Translations under genes and position numbers: made by a program
The notes under the pieces: generated by a model
Seen by the model: the letters and a program-made list of their open reading frames with translations, nothing else
Database searches by the model: none
What the model was told of the DNA's origin: nothing
Part shown: piece by piece, positions 1 through 13,320 of the stretch
Position numbering within the stretch: the stretch's first letter is position 1
Layout: every line of letters begins with the position of its first letter
Source: Octopus vulgaris
Lineage: Eukaryota
NCBI GenBank assembly: GCA_951406725.2
Contig: OX597823.1
Coordinates: forward strand, 30,566,001 to 30,630,000
Length of the DNA: 64,000 nucleotides
Direction of reading: 5' to 3'

Positions 1-800
1 CTCAGACAGTACTTCATTCACCAGCAACACTTCCATTGTTGCGTCAGACTGGCCACCATGACAGCTCATGAGACATTGGCACTGGACAGCGACCCATCAG
101 TGACGACATGGTACGATGTCGACTGGCTGCCAACACCTGCTGCTGTCGACCTGCTCGAGGGCCTGTCCTCACTGCATGCCACTGTCAGGTATGACTACAA
201 TGGGTTACACAGCACCAATAATAGAGGTCAATAGTCTTCTCTGATGAGAGCCAGTATTGCATTTTCACCTTGGATGGCAGAGTGAGGGTGTGGCGTAGGA
301 GGGGTGAACACTACTGAGATGTATATATCCTGGAGAGAGACGTGTGGGGTGGTCAAAACATCATGGTTTGGGGTGCTATAGGCCTGAATCAGAGAATTCG
401 ACCCTATGTGTTCCAAAATGTTGGTGCAGACACAGGGAACAACATCACAATGCAGATCCTAAGACCTCACATCGTGTCCTTCTTTGTGCATCACCATAGT
501 CACATGTTCCTGCAGGACAATGCTCCTTCACACACGGCCAGGGTTACAATGGACTTCCTGCATGAGCACAACATCAGAACAATACCATGGCCGGCTCTCA
601 GCCTGGATTTGAACCTAATTGAACACCTGTGGGATGAAATCCAGAGGCAGCTGAACCAAGTGGTCCAAAGGCTGACAACTTGTGTGGAACTGGAGGCAGC
701 TTTCCTCAGGGTGTGGGCACTCATTGCCATCAGCAGTGACTCCAGACTTGTGTGTGTTTGTGAACCACCTCATGCAGTGCATGTACCGATGGTGTATGGT
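1..800 (+). mobile_element. Degenerate Tc1-family (DD34E) transposase remnant
   Basis: One frame reads IVFSDES (231-251), an in-frame TGA at 315, then IMVWGAI...FLQDNAPSHTAR...WPALSLDLNLIEHLW. There are 34 residues between the second D and the E. The 3' end is interrupted by a SINE. Confidence 0.9.
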
Positions 801-829
801 TCACCAGAGACACATACGCACATATACAT

Positions 830-950
830 AGAATGGGCTTCTTTCAGTTTCCATTTATCAAATCCATTCACAAGACTTTGGTTGGCCCAAGGACATACAA
901 GACACTTGCCAAAGGTGTTCCACTGTGGGCCTGAACCCCAAATTATGTGG
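830..950 (-). mobile_element. tRNA-derived CORE-like SINE fragment (family A)
   Basis: Reverse complement of the family A body (gggcttctttcagtttcc...aagacacttgcc...ctgaaccc) seen many times in the window. Confidence 0.75.
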
Positions 951-1879
951 GTGTATAAGTACATACCACCTACAAGATGGCTAAATATGCATGGCATCAC
1001 CTCATAGACAGTGGCATTGTTAACGTCTGCCTGTTGCGTAAACTATGTCAGCATACAAGCATTATGCTTGTTTACATCTATCCCCAAAACATGCCAGGCC
1101 ACTGAGAAGGCTGACGTTTAATAGATTAGTGAGGGGAAAAGAATACCTTATATGAAAATGGGTGTCAGCAACAAGTAGAGCAGCCAGCAGTAGAAAGATT
1201 GCTTCTAGAAACCATGTGTGACCCATGTGAATAGGGAAAAGTGGATGTTAAAATGATGATGGTGATGTTACCAACATGCAAAGCCTAACATTTTCTCCAA
1301 CACCTCAACTTGAGTTGTACTAATAATTAAGTGAACAGATTTGGAAGACAGAGAAATTATTTTTATTTGAATTTTTAAGACAGCAGAATTATTAGAGTAA
1401 TTGGCAAAATAAATACAAGAGGAATATGTTTCTGAGAAAATGGATCCTCCTCAAAATTCGTTTTGTGATTAGTAAGAAACACATATTTAATTCTTTCCAA
1501 ACCAAAATAAAATCTTGATAAAAAAAAAAAATGATAATATTTTGCATATCTTTAAAATTACTGTTTTTCTATAGTAATGATTTTAAAATAATTTTTTATT
1601 CTCTGAAGAGGTTTTTTTTTTCAATCTTGTTTTTATTTGTTGTCCTTAGCTTTTTTAATTATTTCTCTCAAATGCTACCGTTTGATGTGATGAGAGAAGT
1701 TGGTATTTAAAGTTTGATCATTGACCTCTTTCGCTTGAAATCTCAAATTTGTTGATCTCACATTCCAACCCCTCCCTCCTCTTTTACATACTAATATTTC
1801 CTTCTCCAAAACATAAATATCTGCTACTCAACACCATATTTTCTGAAGATGTTTCAATGTGCATACACACTGCATCAAA

Positions 1880-2360
1880 AGGCTGTAAATACCAAGCTGT
1901 CAGTAGTGGGGAAGTTACAGGCAAGAGACTATCACTATCCAGGGAGACAATTTCACACAAACAAGATATCAGCATCAACCTTTTAAAGCTGTGTTGTTTG
2001 TGCATTAAATACAATAAAGTAAGTACAGGCATGGCTTGCAATCGAGTACTTCAAAGTCAACAAGACTGACCATCTTTGAGACATGCGTAGAGAGGAACAT
2101 TCTATGGAGTGGAAACCTGGTCAATGATGAAGAAGGTTCAAAATTGCTTTGGTGGTTTGACATTGCTGCTCAATGCAGGATAGGCTCTGCTGATTACAGC
2201 CATCAGGTTGAACACCAGGCCATATTACAGGTTATATTTTGGAGACTTCCACATCCTAACAGAAGATGACAACCACTCAACTTCATAGATGTGACATGCA
2301 GGGACACACGGCACGAAACTGAGGACCTTCCAAAGCTACCTGATGCAGCATGGCAGTGAA
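1880..2360 (+). mobile_element. Highly degenerate RTE/RTEX-like LINE ORF C-terminal remnant
   Basis: Frameshifted pieces GMACNR, IFETCVE, GVETWS and QVIFWRLPHPNRR*QPLNFIDVTCRDT resemble the post-RT C-terminus of RTE-type LINEs (recognised from memory). Confidence 0.55.
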
Positions 2361-2606
2361 ACATCTCATTTGCAGATACATGAAGAAGAATGCTTCAAAA
2401 GGATTCAGTTACCTCACCCTACCAAGATGTTGAACAATAGTAGCATAGAGTTACTCATTAATATAAGATTATATCAGGCACAATAAAACTACAGAAATGG
2501 TATCAGCTTGGCTTCAGTGTGCCACACAGAACTAAACAAAACCTGAGTAGAAAATTACTATTTTTAAATCTCATAATGAGAGATATTCAGCAACAGTACT
2601 TTGGAG

Positions 2607-3116
2607 TAAAGATTGTTTGCCAACATAACATGGCAGTCCTGGTTTAGGACTAATGTTGCTGTAATTTAGCCCCAGGAGACATTGTCTCCAGCTGGCTATA
2701 CGACACGATCTGAGTCCTTATATTTTCAAACAAGGGAATCTAGTACCCCACACCCAGCTCAAAACAATATCTGTGTATCGCGATTTCTGGGTTATTTCTC
2801 TTCATCGGCACAGAATAATTGCTTGGCTAGAGGTGGTGCTGCCAAATTCCCATTTGAAATATATAGTTATCACTTTGAAAACTATATATTTCGAACAGGA
2901 AATTGGCAGTGCCATCTCTAGCCAGAACAATTATTCTGAATCGCGATACACCGATATTGTTTTGAGCTGAGTGGGGGTGATAGATTCCCTTGTTTGAAAA
3001 TATAAGGACACAGATCGTGCTGTATGGCTGGCTGGAGACGATGTCTCTTGGGGCTAAATTACAGCAACATTCGTCCTAAACCAGGACTGCCATGTTATGT
3101 TGGCAAACAATCTTTA
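2607..3116. mobile_element. Foldback/palindromic MITE-like element
   Basis: Long inverted arms: taaagattgtttgccaacataacatggcagtcctggtttagga at the left end and tcctaaaccaggactgccatgttatgttggcaaacaatcttta at the right. Symmetry continues to a centre near 2870. Confidence 0.85.
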
Positions 3117-3283
3117 GTATTTCGCCTGTCTTCACGTTCTAAGTTCAAATTCTGCCAAAGTCGACCTTGCCTTTCATCCTTTTAGGGTCAATAAAATTAA
3201 TACCAGCTGAGTACTGGGGTCGCTGTAACTGACAATCTCCCTCTCCCTAATTTCAGGCCTTGTGCCTATAGTAGAAAGGAATA
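3117..3283 (+). mobile_element. SINE family B (Nin/Deu-domain-like) fragment
   Basis: gttcaaattc B-box, gcctttcatccttttagggtcaataaaattaataccag central motif, and aggccttgtgcctatagtagaaag tail. Confidence 0.75.
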
Positions 3284-3924
3284 ATGATCAAGATTAGAGG
3301 AAAGGGAAAAATTTGGCAGAGCAGCTGACCAGATGAGGATTTAGTTTGATCTGTTACCTCAACCAGAGTTGGCATTGCCTTGTATTTGCTAAAGAATGAC
3401 ATGTGACCCTATAACACAGGGAGGGGGACTAGTTCTATCAAATATTCCCACCACCACCCCCATCATGAAAATTGCTCTTGTATCTGAATACAATGACCAC
3501 ATTTAATGTCTCGGTCAACAAACAGGTGTTTTTCTATTGAACATTGAATCAAGAGAGATGACTATGCTAGTCAGTCACTCAACCTACTAGAAATAGCAGT
3601 CAAATATTCTTCCCATCACAGCTTAGAGTTTTTATTTTTAAAGAAAAAAAGAATGACTGGAATGACTTTGATCATAGGTCAACTGTATCAGAGCTGAGTT
3701 AGGGTTAAACAGTAACAACAAAAGCCTCAAGCACACCGTCCAGAAGAAACTGGACAACAAATTCTTTTCCAGTAGCACAAAACATTGTAACTAACAATTA
3801 TCAAAGAAACAATTCTGTACAAAGAAAGAGGCCTTTACATGGAGACTTACTTAACATGCTAGAAAATAGAGGCAAATCTTTCTCTAATACTTTCAGACTT
3901 ACTACCTTAAAAAAAAAGATGGTC

Positions 3925-4072
3925 ATAGGCACAGGAGTGGCTGTGTGGTACGTAGCTTGCTTACCAACCACATGGTTCCAGGTTCAGTCCCACTGCATGG
4001 CACCTTGGGCAAGTGTCTTCTAATATAGCCTTGTGAGTAGATTTGGTAGACAGAAACTGAAAGAAGCCCATC

Positions 4073-4107
<35 letters not shown>

Positions 4108-4261
4108 GGCGTGACTGTATGGGAAGAAGCTTGCTTCCCAACCACATGGTTCCAGGTTCAGTCCTACTGCATGGCACCTTGGGCAAGTGTCTCCTACTAT
4201 AGCCACGGGCTGACGAAAGCCTTGTGAGTAGACTGAAAGAAGCCCATTACATATATATATA

Positions 4262-4298
<37 letters not shown>

Positions 4299-4505
4299 GT
4301 GTCTGTGTTTGTCCTCGCCACCATTACTTGACAACCGATGTTGGTGTGTTTACATACCCGTAACATAGCAGTTCAGCAAAAGAGACTGATAGAATACGCA
4401 CTAGGCTTAAAAAGAATAAGTCCCAGGGTTGATTTGTTCAACTAAAGACGGTGCTCCAACATGGCCACAGTCAAATGACTGAAACAAATAAAGGAATAAA
4501 AGAAT
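3925..4505 (+). mobile_element. tRNA-derived CORE-like SINE family A, with tandemly duplicated 5' half
   Basis: A-box tggctgtgtgg, B-box ggttcagtcc, CORE-like ggcaccttgggcaagtgtctt, internal (TG)n(TA)n tract and gactgaaacaaataaaggaataaaagaat tail. The head is repeated at about 4106. Confidence 0.85.
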
Positions 4506-5465
4506 GGAGTGTTTTTTTTTTTTTATTCACAGGTCTGTAGGATCAAGGCTTCTCGGCCTCTACATTGGTCATTTTTGCTGACCAGTTATCAAAGAAACGC
4601 TGTCATCCTCCAATGGCTACAGAGCTGTCTCTTTCAACAGCTAAGGAAAAAAAAGTTTCCCGTCTCTCCCTCCCAACACTTCTATTGATCAGTGAACCAA
4701 GAAAAGACATTTTTAATGACCATCATTTATGTTTTGGAAAATTGCTGAAGAGGAAGACAAAGATGAAAAAAGACCAAAATATGAGTGGAGGGAAGGAAGA
4801 TAAAGAAAATAAGATTCATTGTCACCATCATCGTTTAACGTCAGTTTTCAATGCTGGCATGGGTTGGACGATTTGATTGAGGTCTGGAGAGCCAGCGGCT
4901 GCACCAAAAAATATGTGTGTGTGTGTCTCTCTCTTTGTTGTGGCATTGGACAATAGTTCTAACCAAAGGCCAATGTCATTCCAGTAATATTATTCATTTC
5001 CAATCTTCCACGAAAACATGTCCAGACATGAGGAGATATTACCTTGCTTGGAAACAAGTGAGGGCTGACAACAGGAAGGGCATTCAGCTTTAGATGGTCT
5101 GCCTCAGCAAATCCCTTCTAAATCATGACAGTATGGAAAAGTGGATGTTAAAAGACAGTGACAATGGAAAAATACCACAAGAGGACATTCTACATAATGT
5201 AATATAGAGTAGAATGTCACAAGGAGTGGCAAAAGTTCAACTGAGGTGAAGAGGAAAAAAAAAACTCCCTCTAGTGGTGATCAAACTGAAAAAGATAAGC
5301 AAGGGAGACAATACTTACAATATAAATATATTTGGGAAATCAAAGGAAAGCTTTTAGGAGTGGAGCTTGTCTTTGTAACCAAAAAGTGAAAGTAACAAAC
5401 AAGTTCCTACTTTGGAAAATTACCCTTTGTAAATCTCACAAGGAGAGAGATTCAGCAACAGTACT

Positions 5466-5787
5466 TTGGAGTAAAGATTATTTACCAACATAACATGGCA
5501 GTCCTGGTTTAGGACGAATGTTGCTATAATTCAGCCCTAGGAAACATCGTCTCCAGCTGGCTATACGACACTATCTGTGTCCTTATATTTTCGAACAAAG
5601 GAATCTAGCACCCCAACTCAGCTCAAAACAATATCTGTGTATCGCGATTACTGGGTTATTTCCTTTCATCAGCACAGAATAATTGTTCAGCTAGAGGTGG
5701 CACTGCCAAATTCCTGCTCAAATAGAAAATTACTTTTATTACAAACCAGAACTGCCATGTTGTGCTGGCAAATAATCTTTACTCCAA
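5466..5787. mobile_element. Internally deleted copy of the 2607-3116 foldback MITE
   Basis: Same left arm as 2607. Ends are ttggagtaaagattattt and aaataatctttactccaa. Confidence 0.8.
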
Positions 5788-6823
5788 GTTCCTATTTTGT
5801 TCTTCAGCAAATCAAAAGAGGAGACTCACATATCTAATAAAGACATGGTAGTAGTGTAGGCTCGGCTGTGTGATTAAAAAGTTTGCTTCCTAACCATTAG
5901 GTTCTGGGTTTAGGCCCACATTAGGAAAGTACCTTCTACTGTAACCCTAGGTCCACCAAAGCCAAGTGGATTTGATTAGAGAGAAACTAAATGAAGCTCA
6001 TCATGTGAGAGAGAAAGAAAGAGTGTGTGTGTGTGTATGCATGTGTGTGTGCATGTGTGTGTGTTCGTTCCTGTGCATGCATTATGTATCATTTCCATTA
6101 TTTAATGTTTGTTTTCCATGCTGGCATGGGTTGAATGATTTCCATGCTGGCATGGATTAGATGATACAAAAGCAGATAAGAGAAACAACAATTAGAAGGA
6201 CAGACAAAAAGACGGGTCATTTGTGGCTTTCTTTCCTCAGTCAAGTTCCAGAAGTCACATGTATATATATTGTGATTTTAACACACCATGTTTATGAAGA
6301 GATTCTCTCTCTCAGACAAAAATCACAGCAGTATGCCTTTCTATAGTGTATATATACTAAGTACAACATACTATCAAGACAATTTTCCCATTCCATGGTG
6401 GTAGGCCCCTTATCTGAGTTGTTACATGCTGAGATACCTTCTTCAGCATCAGTTTGGGGTGTTCAGCAACCAGTCCATCAGACCAAGAAGGACACTGTCA
6501 GAGTATCATCCATTCTGAGGGGTTTGAGGCTGAGCCTGTGGCAGTGGAGACATCCAGCGTTCTCAGCCACTTGACCACATCCCTGCTCACCACTATCAGG
6601 CCAGAGATGGCCTTCTGTAAATACAAGCCCAGTGAGTCAGAATGGCTGTTCTGGTGAATCTCTCTTGCTATATTTCAGGGTAACACATTTCCCCATTTTG
6701 GGACCATGAGACAGACTGACATGCCTGTTTAGACATTACATGTCACTTATTGTTTTAGTCATTAATACATTTTGGAAAATTTTATTCTGATTTTGGATAT
6801 ACTCTTTATAATCTTGAACTATA

Positions 6824-7376
6824 TACAAGGGTGAGTAAAAAAGTAATGCCATTTTGTTTAGGACAGGTATAATTACCAACACAGGAACGTGTATCATACA
6901 TTAAAATGAAGCTGGTCCTCCGTCAATCACATTCCTACTTCTCAACATAGTCACCTTTTCTCTCAATAGCAACGTTCCACCTTCGAATGAGAGCATGTAT
7001 CCCTGCCCCGTAAAATTCTGTTGACTGTTCTTTGAGCCACTTCTTCACTACAGTTTTCACTTCCTTGTCACTGGAACAATGTTTGCCTCTCAAACCCTCT
7101 TTCATGGGGCCAAAGAGATGATAGTCCAGTGACAAGGAAGTGAAAACTGTAGTGAAGAAGTGGCTCAAAGAACAGTCAACAGAATTTTGCAGGGCAGGGA
7201 TACATGCTCTCATTCAAAGGTGGAACATTACTATTGAGAGAAACAGTGACTATGTTGAGAAGTAGATATGTGATCCACAGAAGACCAGCTTCATTTTGAT
7301 GTATGATACATGTTCCTGTGTTGGTAATTATAACTGTCCTAAACAAAATGGCAATATTTTTTGACTCACCCTTATA
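6824..7376. mobile_element. Mariner-derived 3'-3' foldback MITE
   Basis: About 252-bp inverted arms (6824-7075 and 7125-7376) with tacaagggtgagt/actcacccttata ends. The minus strand encodes a mariner C-terminus, DYHLFGPMKEGLRGK...RRWNVAIERKGDYVEK*. Confidence 0.9.
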
Positions 7377-8774
7377 CATTAAAAGTTGTTTCAATTGTTT
7401 AAGATTTCTTTTTTTACAGCTCATCTGGAATTCTGCAATATCAGTGAATATCTTATCGTTTCCTACATACTAAGATACAAAGTTCATTCTGGCATGTGAC
7501 AAATGGGTATTTGTTATTGACAAGCCCTGGGAAGAGCAAAATATGTCTAACATGTCCATGAGTCACTATTGTGATGATGTTCATTTTGCTCTGATGTTAT
7601 TGTTTTTATTACAGCATGTCTATCAAGAGATTTTCTCTCAGGTAACAATTACAGCAGTCTTTCTATGATGTAAATAAATTTATCATAATACACAGATGGT
7701 TACTTTAAATATTCCTCGTTTCCTATGATTAAACATATTGCAAAGTTGAGAGAAAAATGAAATCTGCTCTGTTTGTTCCTTCACAGTAAGTCAATGACAA
7801 GAAAATGCCCACAAACAGGAATCAAATCTGTTTCACATAGACTTTAGAGTCAATTGTTTGTTATTCCACTACACTCCTCTATTGACCGAAAACTTGTAGT
7901 GAAACACGGAAATTGAAATTGTTGATAAGATGTTGTCATAATGAGGTCAGATTTCAGTTTAGTCAGTTAAAATTAGTAATGATTTTACTCTAAACTCATT
8001 AACAAGGCTGGTTAAATCATTTACTTTGGATAACAGCTATATCCAGTGGAATAAATAAAATGATGTGGTTTCACAGTTTTTATATTCACGGTTCATACCC
8101 TACCAAGATCAACTTTCATTCCAGCCTTACTGGGTCGAGAAATCAAGTACTTATGAAGTACATGTATTAATACAACTGGTTGTTCCACCCACTAAAAATG
8201 TTCAGCCTTGCACTACAAGGATTTCATCACTGCTCTATTTATTTGTATCACATGATAAGTCTATTTCATTCCAAGTATGTAAACTGGCCAATAAAAAAAT
8301 TCAAAGAGTGTGATAAATGATAAAAAAATGATAAATTTTAATACTTATCAGAAACCACTCGTTTAATATACAAATTTAATTCTATGTAAAAAGAAATGAA
8401 GCAATTTTCTTTCTCAACTGAGATCACTTGCAGACAGATAATGTGATTTTTTTTCCATCAAATACTGAAATGGGGTAAGTTGCCAGATATGAAAACAAAA
8501 CAGAGAGAACCATATACAAAAGACATACAGGTATTCCCAAAGGTCTACAATAATTCTAAAAGATGGTGCTGTTTTAGTGTTTTGAAAATATTCTATAAAA
8601 CGGCAATTAAGTCAGTTTAATTATGAGTTAATAATAACAGGTTCCCTTATTGGCTTATAAAGTATTATTTACATTATATATATGGAATCTCTCCAAATGT
8701 CAACACAAATTCTAAGATGTGCTGTTTTCATAATTACGAAATATACCATAAAACAGCAATCAGTTGAATTAAGC

Positions 8775-9091
8775 TTAACCCATAAAGCTCTGGGATTTGC
8801 ACTTACATAGCATGGACTGCTGGGCACATTTTATGAAAATGAAACTACCATGCACACATAAAAAACAAAAAAAATAGTTAAAATATCTTTTTAGTATATA
8901 ATGGTGGCAAGTTTTACATAATCTGAAAATTCATTAGTTAAACTATTAGTCCTCTTGCATTCTGGATGGTTTGAGTGACATTAGACCCCAACAAATGCCC
9001 ATAAATTAAATGCATCTATCTGGGCCACGATAGTAACCTGTCGACCTGTGCCTGGCAGTCACGATCGTGGCCGTCATGCTTAATGTGTTAA
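8775..9091. mobile_element. piggyBac-like MITE (degenerate)
   Basis: TTAA at both ends, imperfect TIR cccataaagc / gcttaatgtg, and subterminal ggccacgat / atcgtggcc motifs. Confidence 0.45.
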
Positions 9092-9769
9092 TGGTCACTT
9101 TTGTAAAATGATGACATCTAAACCTGATGAATGTAACATGTTTCTAGGTAGTCTCTTTTGCTTTCTACAAAAGATTGGTATATAGCTACATATCACGTAA
9201 AATGTTTAAATCAAAATCTGGAAACTTAATGAAAAACCATTTTAAAGGATAGTAAGGTCTTTTCCAAACCATGAATGTGACATGAACGTTACGTCTAGAG
9301 AAACGACACCAGATGGACTTTTGTCAGCAATTTTACGTACTTACACCTCATTGATATGTGTGCGTACAGTGTGTAAGATCAATATTTGTGTCGTATTTGA
9401 TTCTAGAAGTTTCCGTTTGTGTCTACGTATTTCTCTTAGATTATTTGTTGACGTTTTCTAGGAGAGGAATGGGTGGAAAAATACTTTTCGTACAACCATT
9501 CTATTTCAAGTTTTTCATTTTTTTTTTATCAATTAAATAACCTCAGTACTTTCTTCAATTTGGCACTTATTTCATCGATCTCTATCGAATGGCTACGTTA
9601 AGATTTTCTTTTATAATTCGATACTATTTATCATCCTATATGCTGTTCCATGTATTTTAACAAATAGCGAAAGTTTCTAGGTTTCGTCAATATAAGAAAG
9701 CTATGTTACTTTTTGTACATTTTTCGTTAGTATTGATTTCATTTTTAATTACGATGCTCCAGTCAAGAT

Positions 9770-9807
<38 letters not shown>

Positions 9808-9812
<5 letters not shown>

Positions 9813-10001
9813 CTCCAAACATGAACAAACACAACAACGCGAGGACGTGGAACAAGTATAGTGTTATTGGACGCTCAGGAAAGGAAAGAAGGAGGATATA
9901 ACGTTTCGAGCGGAGCTCTTCGTCAGAATCATCGAAAAAGGAAAGGTCCAAGGAAGGGAAGACGGAGAAAAAAAATCGCCAACGATACACACGCGGTCAC
10001 A
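9808..10001 (-). mobile_element. (TA)n-flanked Penelope-like pLTR remnant (family H2)
   Basis: Homologous to 41747-41937 in the opposite orientation, flanked by TA/CA microsatellites, and contains a hammerhead core. Confidence 0.7.
9894..9932 (-). ncRNA. Minimal hammerhead ribozyme motif
   Basis: Minus strand reads gatt CTGACGA A GAGC-tcc-GCTC GAAA CG TT atatc. The core and stem II are intact, stem III is the palindrome AACGTT, and stem I is weak. Confidence 0.7.
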
Positions 10002-10019
10002 TATTGAATACACACACAC

Positions 10020-10061
<42 letters not shown>

Positions 10062-10377
10062 GCATACATAAGTGTGTGCGTTTACAAGTTTGCTTTTTGT
10101 TGCTTTAAGAAATTGCATCTTTTCTTAAATTTTAATGCTGTTAGTAATTAAATACATAAGTGATCTAAATGATTTTTCACTTTTCGTAACAGACGTATTT
10201 TTAAAACGAGAACACCTATTTTTTTTTATTTAACCTCAAAGTAAAAAATAAACAAATTAGCTAAAGTAAACAATGTTTTTGTTTTCGTTTCGTTATTTCA
10301 TGTAAACTATCAGAATACTATACATTCACACATTGATTGAGAACTCACGTCCTGAGTATTCGAAATTACACACATAC

Positions 10378-10427
<50 letters not shown>

Positions 10428-10774
10428 TTAATATGGCATTCCTTCGATATAAGTCGACAAAATCAAAACATTTCGCTTCGGGTATTTCCGTGGGCTGTTG
10501 GAGTATAGATATAACGAAATTATGCCAGCAAAGTCTCATTTTAAACTTGGGGGGAAAAAAATCCTTGCATATTTGTTCTTACCTGTTTCATATGTGTATG
10601 TAAAATCCGCAAATTTCCAAGCAGAAAACAGAATCGAATTGTCATTTGCTTTCACGGCAAATAACCCTAAGTGAAATGTTTTGATTTTGTCGAGTAATAT
10701 CGAAGAAATGCCGTTCATATAAAGATTGACTCCCATTAACGAAAAAAAAAAAAAAAGGCCACACACAAACACAC

Positions 10775-10932
10775 AGGACTTCTTTCAGTTCCTGTCAACG
10801 AAATCCACCCACGAGCCATTCGTCTGGCCAGGAATATAGAAGAAAACACTTGCCCAAGGTACCATGTAGTGGGGACTGGACCCAAGGCCACATGGTTGGG
10901 TAAACAAGCATCTTAACAACACAGCCATACCT
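10775..10932 (-). mobile_element. SINE family A 5' part
   Basis: acacttgcccaaggtacc...gggactggaccc...aacacagccatacctg. Confidence 0.75.
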
Positions 10933-11179
10933 GTGTGTAATATACACACATTCATACGTAGGTACGTGTGTAGACACGGCGGCGAAGTAGGTTACCTGTA
11001 AATTGTCTATGTTCATTCATATCATAACCATAGACAAACTTCAAATAAACCTCGACCATTTTCACAATTCTCTATCGACAAAACGTTTACAAATATTACA
11101 AAGGAATCAAGCAGACATAAACAGAAACTTCTAGAAAAACAAACACGCCACAAATATTGCCCAACCCCAAAGCTCACAT

Positions 11180-11269
<90 letters not shown>

Positions 11270-11922
11270 CGAAGATTGGTGTTGTGAATTTCCACTTCGG
11301 CATCTGAAACTCTCAGAGTTTTATCTTGACGATTGAGTAATGTAACATATTATTTTATAGATAAATTTCCTCTATTTACATAATATTGAGGTCTCTTTCT
11401 TTCTGTTGTTATCTTACCGTTTTCACCAATATATATATATATATATAATGAATATTGTACATACCAAGAAATGTTTGTATATTATTAGCATGTCAGAGGT
11501 ATAAATACATTATAAATTTTATCAGAAGTATATAAATATGACATATATATTATAAATATTTATACGTATATACGTGTATTTAATTCCATTTACTAACCTT
11601 TCTCCAGTGTAGATCAACACACCATAATTACAATGTGCTGTGTTCAGAGACATTGCTGCATAACACAACCTTCGACCAACAAGAGATTTGCTATATATTT
11701 ATATATATATGGATGTATATACATATAATGTATATAAAAGTATGAAACACACCCAGAAATACTTGCGCTTGCGTCAGTGTGTCTATGTGTATCACAATAT
11801 ATGTGTGTAATACCAATGACGCAGTTACAGCTGTTCACGTGACCTATCTCATGTGGTTCAGACACAACTGTTTATTACACTGACTCTTGATTATTAACTA
11901 ATTGAGCACACGCACACACACT

Positions 11923-11967
<45 letters not shown>

Positions 11968-12254
11968 TTATTTTAAAGTACGTTTAAGAATAACAAAGCA
12001 TATTCTGATGGTTGACAACTGAGAATTGATTTCAAGTTGATCGTTTTGTGTGTGTGTATATATATATATACATAGACACACAAAATGATAAATAAAGATT
12101 CATCATTCACACACAAACATGCATTCACATATATACATATATATATAAACATGTATTTATTACATATGAAGTGGAGTAAATGACAATTATTTTGAAAAAG
12201 CATTAAAAATATCTTCACTTTAAATGTAATCCTGATGCAAAATAGTAGAGTTAC

Positions 12255-13118
12255 CTCCCCTTTTCTCACACACACACACATATATACACACTCTCTCTTT
12301 CTCTCTCTATTTCTCTCTTTTACTGCTCTTTCCAGTTTAATTCACTCATTTCTAATCTTATTTCTTCTTTCTTTTTCTCTCTCTACTCATTCAAGTTCCT
12401 ATCGTGTCTCTTACTGATTTAATTCTCATTTCTTACTCATCTTTTAATCCAGTCCTTCTCTTTACTTCATTGACATCTACCAAGCACTCTTCCTTTTCTT
12501 TTAATCTCACTCTCTCACCTTTTCTTATTATCATCATTTACTTAACCCTTCCCCTAGCCTTTCTTCTTTTTCTATGTCTTTTCTTTTCCTATTTTATCTT
12601 TCTCTCTCTTTTCATTTCCTCACACGTTACTCTCTAGTCTTCCCGTAGTTCAAAAGCTTTTACATCTTGCTGTCTTTCTCTCTCTCTCTCTTTCTATCTC
12701 TATCTCATACCCTCCTTTCTTGCTCTTATTTTCCCTCCTTTATACTCTTAATCTCCTCTCTTTCTTTAACCATCTCCCTCTCGTCTCTTTTCATTTCCTC
12801 TAAGCATCTCTACACCTTTCTCTTTCTCTCGTATTATCTTATATTCCTTCTCTCTGTCTCTTGCTTCGTACGTCTATCATCCTCTCCTTCTTTCTCCCCC
12901 TCTCATTTAGCCTTCGTTCCCTTTCATTCCTCCCCTTCATTCTCTCTTACGTAAACACTATCCATTTCTCATCTCCCTTCTATTTTCTTACATCCCTACC
13001 TTTCATTTCTCCCTCTGTTTCCTTTCCTTCTCTCATCTTACTTTTACTCTATCTTTCCCTTCCCCTCTCAAATACAATGCTATGATTCTCAAGTCCCTCT
13101 CACCTCATCTCATCTTAC
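12255..13118. repeat. Long polypyrimidine/polypurine (CT/GA-rich) low-complexity tract
   Basis: About 850 bp of nearly G-free CT-rich sequence on the + strand. Confidence 0.85.
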
Positions 13119-13320
13119 CTTTTTACTTTCATGCTTCTCATCCCACCTCCTCCTTCTCCTCCTTTATTACCATCACTCAACAACATGCAGCAGCAGTATT
13201 CATTGTACCAAGGGAAGCTAACGGTGTAAAGTGAATCCATGTAACCTAAGTGTACTTGGTACGTCTTCATAGCAACGGCTGAGACAGAGCTGTTGTAACA
13301 TTTTACCTTTCTTAACACAG
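13119..13320 (-). other. Candidate first exon of a divergent minus-strand transcript
   Basis: Consensus minus-strand donor AAG|gtaaga at 13119/13118, followed by a GA-rich tract. The 5' boundary and coding status are unknown. Confidence 0.35.
13263..13276. promoter_or_regulatory. Candidate RFX X-box
   Basis: GTCTTCATAGCAAC matches the X-box consensus GTHNYY-AT-RRNAAC at all positions and lies in a promoter-like region. Confidence 0.4.

Noticed and set aside
4520-4650. Exon-like segment with acceptor motifs on both strands
   Set aside because: The minus-strand frames all contain stops, and the plus-strand frame is short with no recognisable product.
6340-6720. GC-richer stretch that might be a transposase N-terminus or an exon
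   Set aside because: I could not identify a motif with confidence in any frame.
11268-11430. Hammerhead core in a TA-flanked insert (ttgacga)
   Set aside because: No stem II or GAAA follows in this copy.
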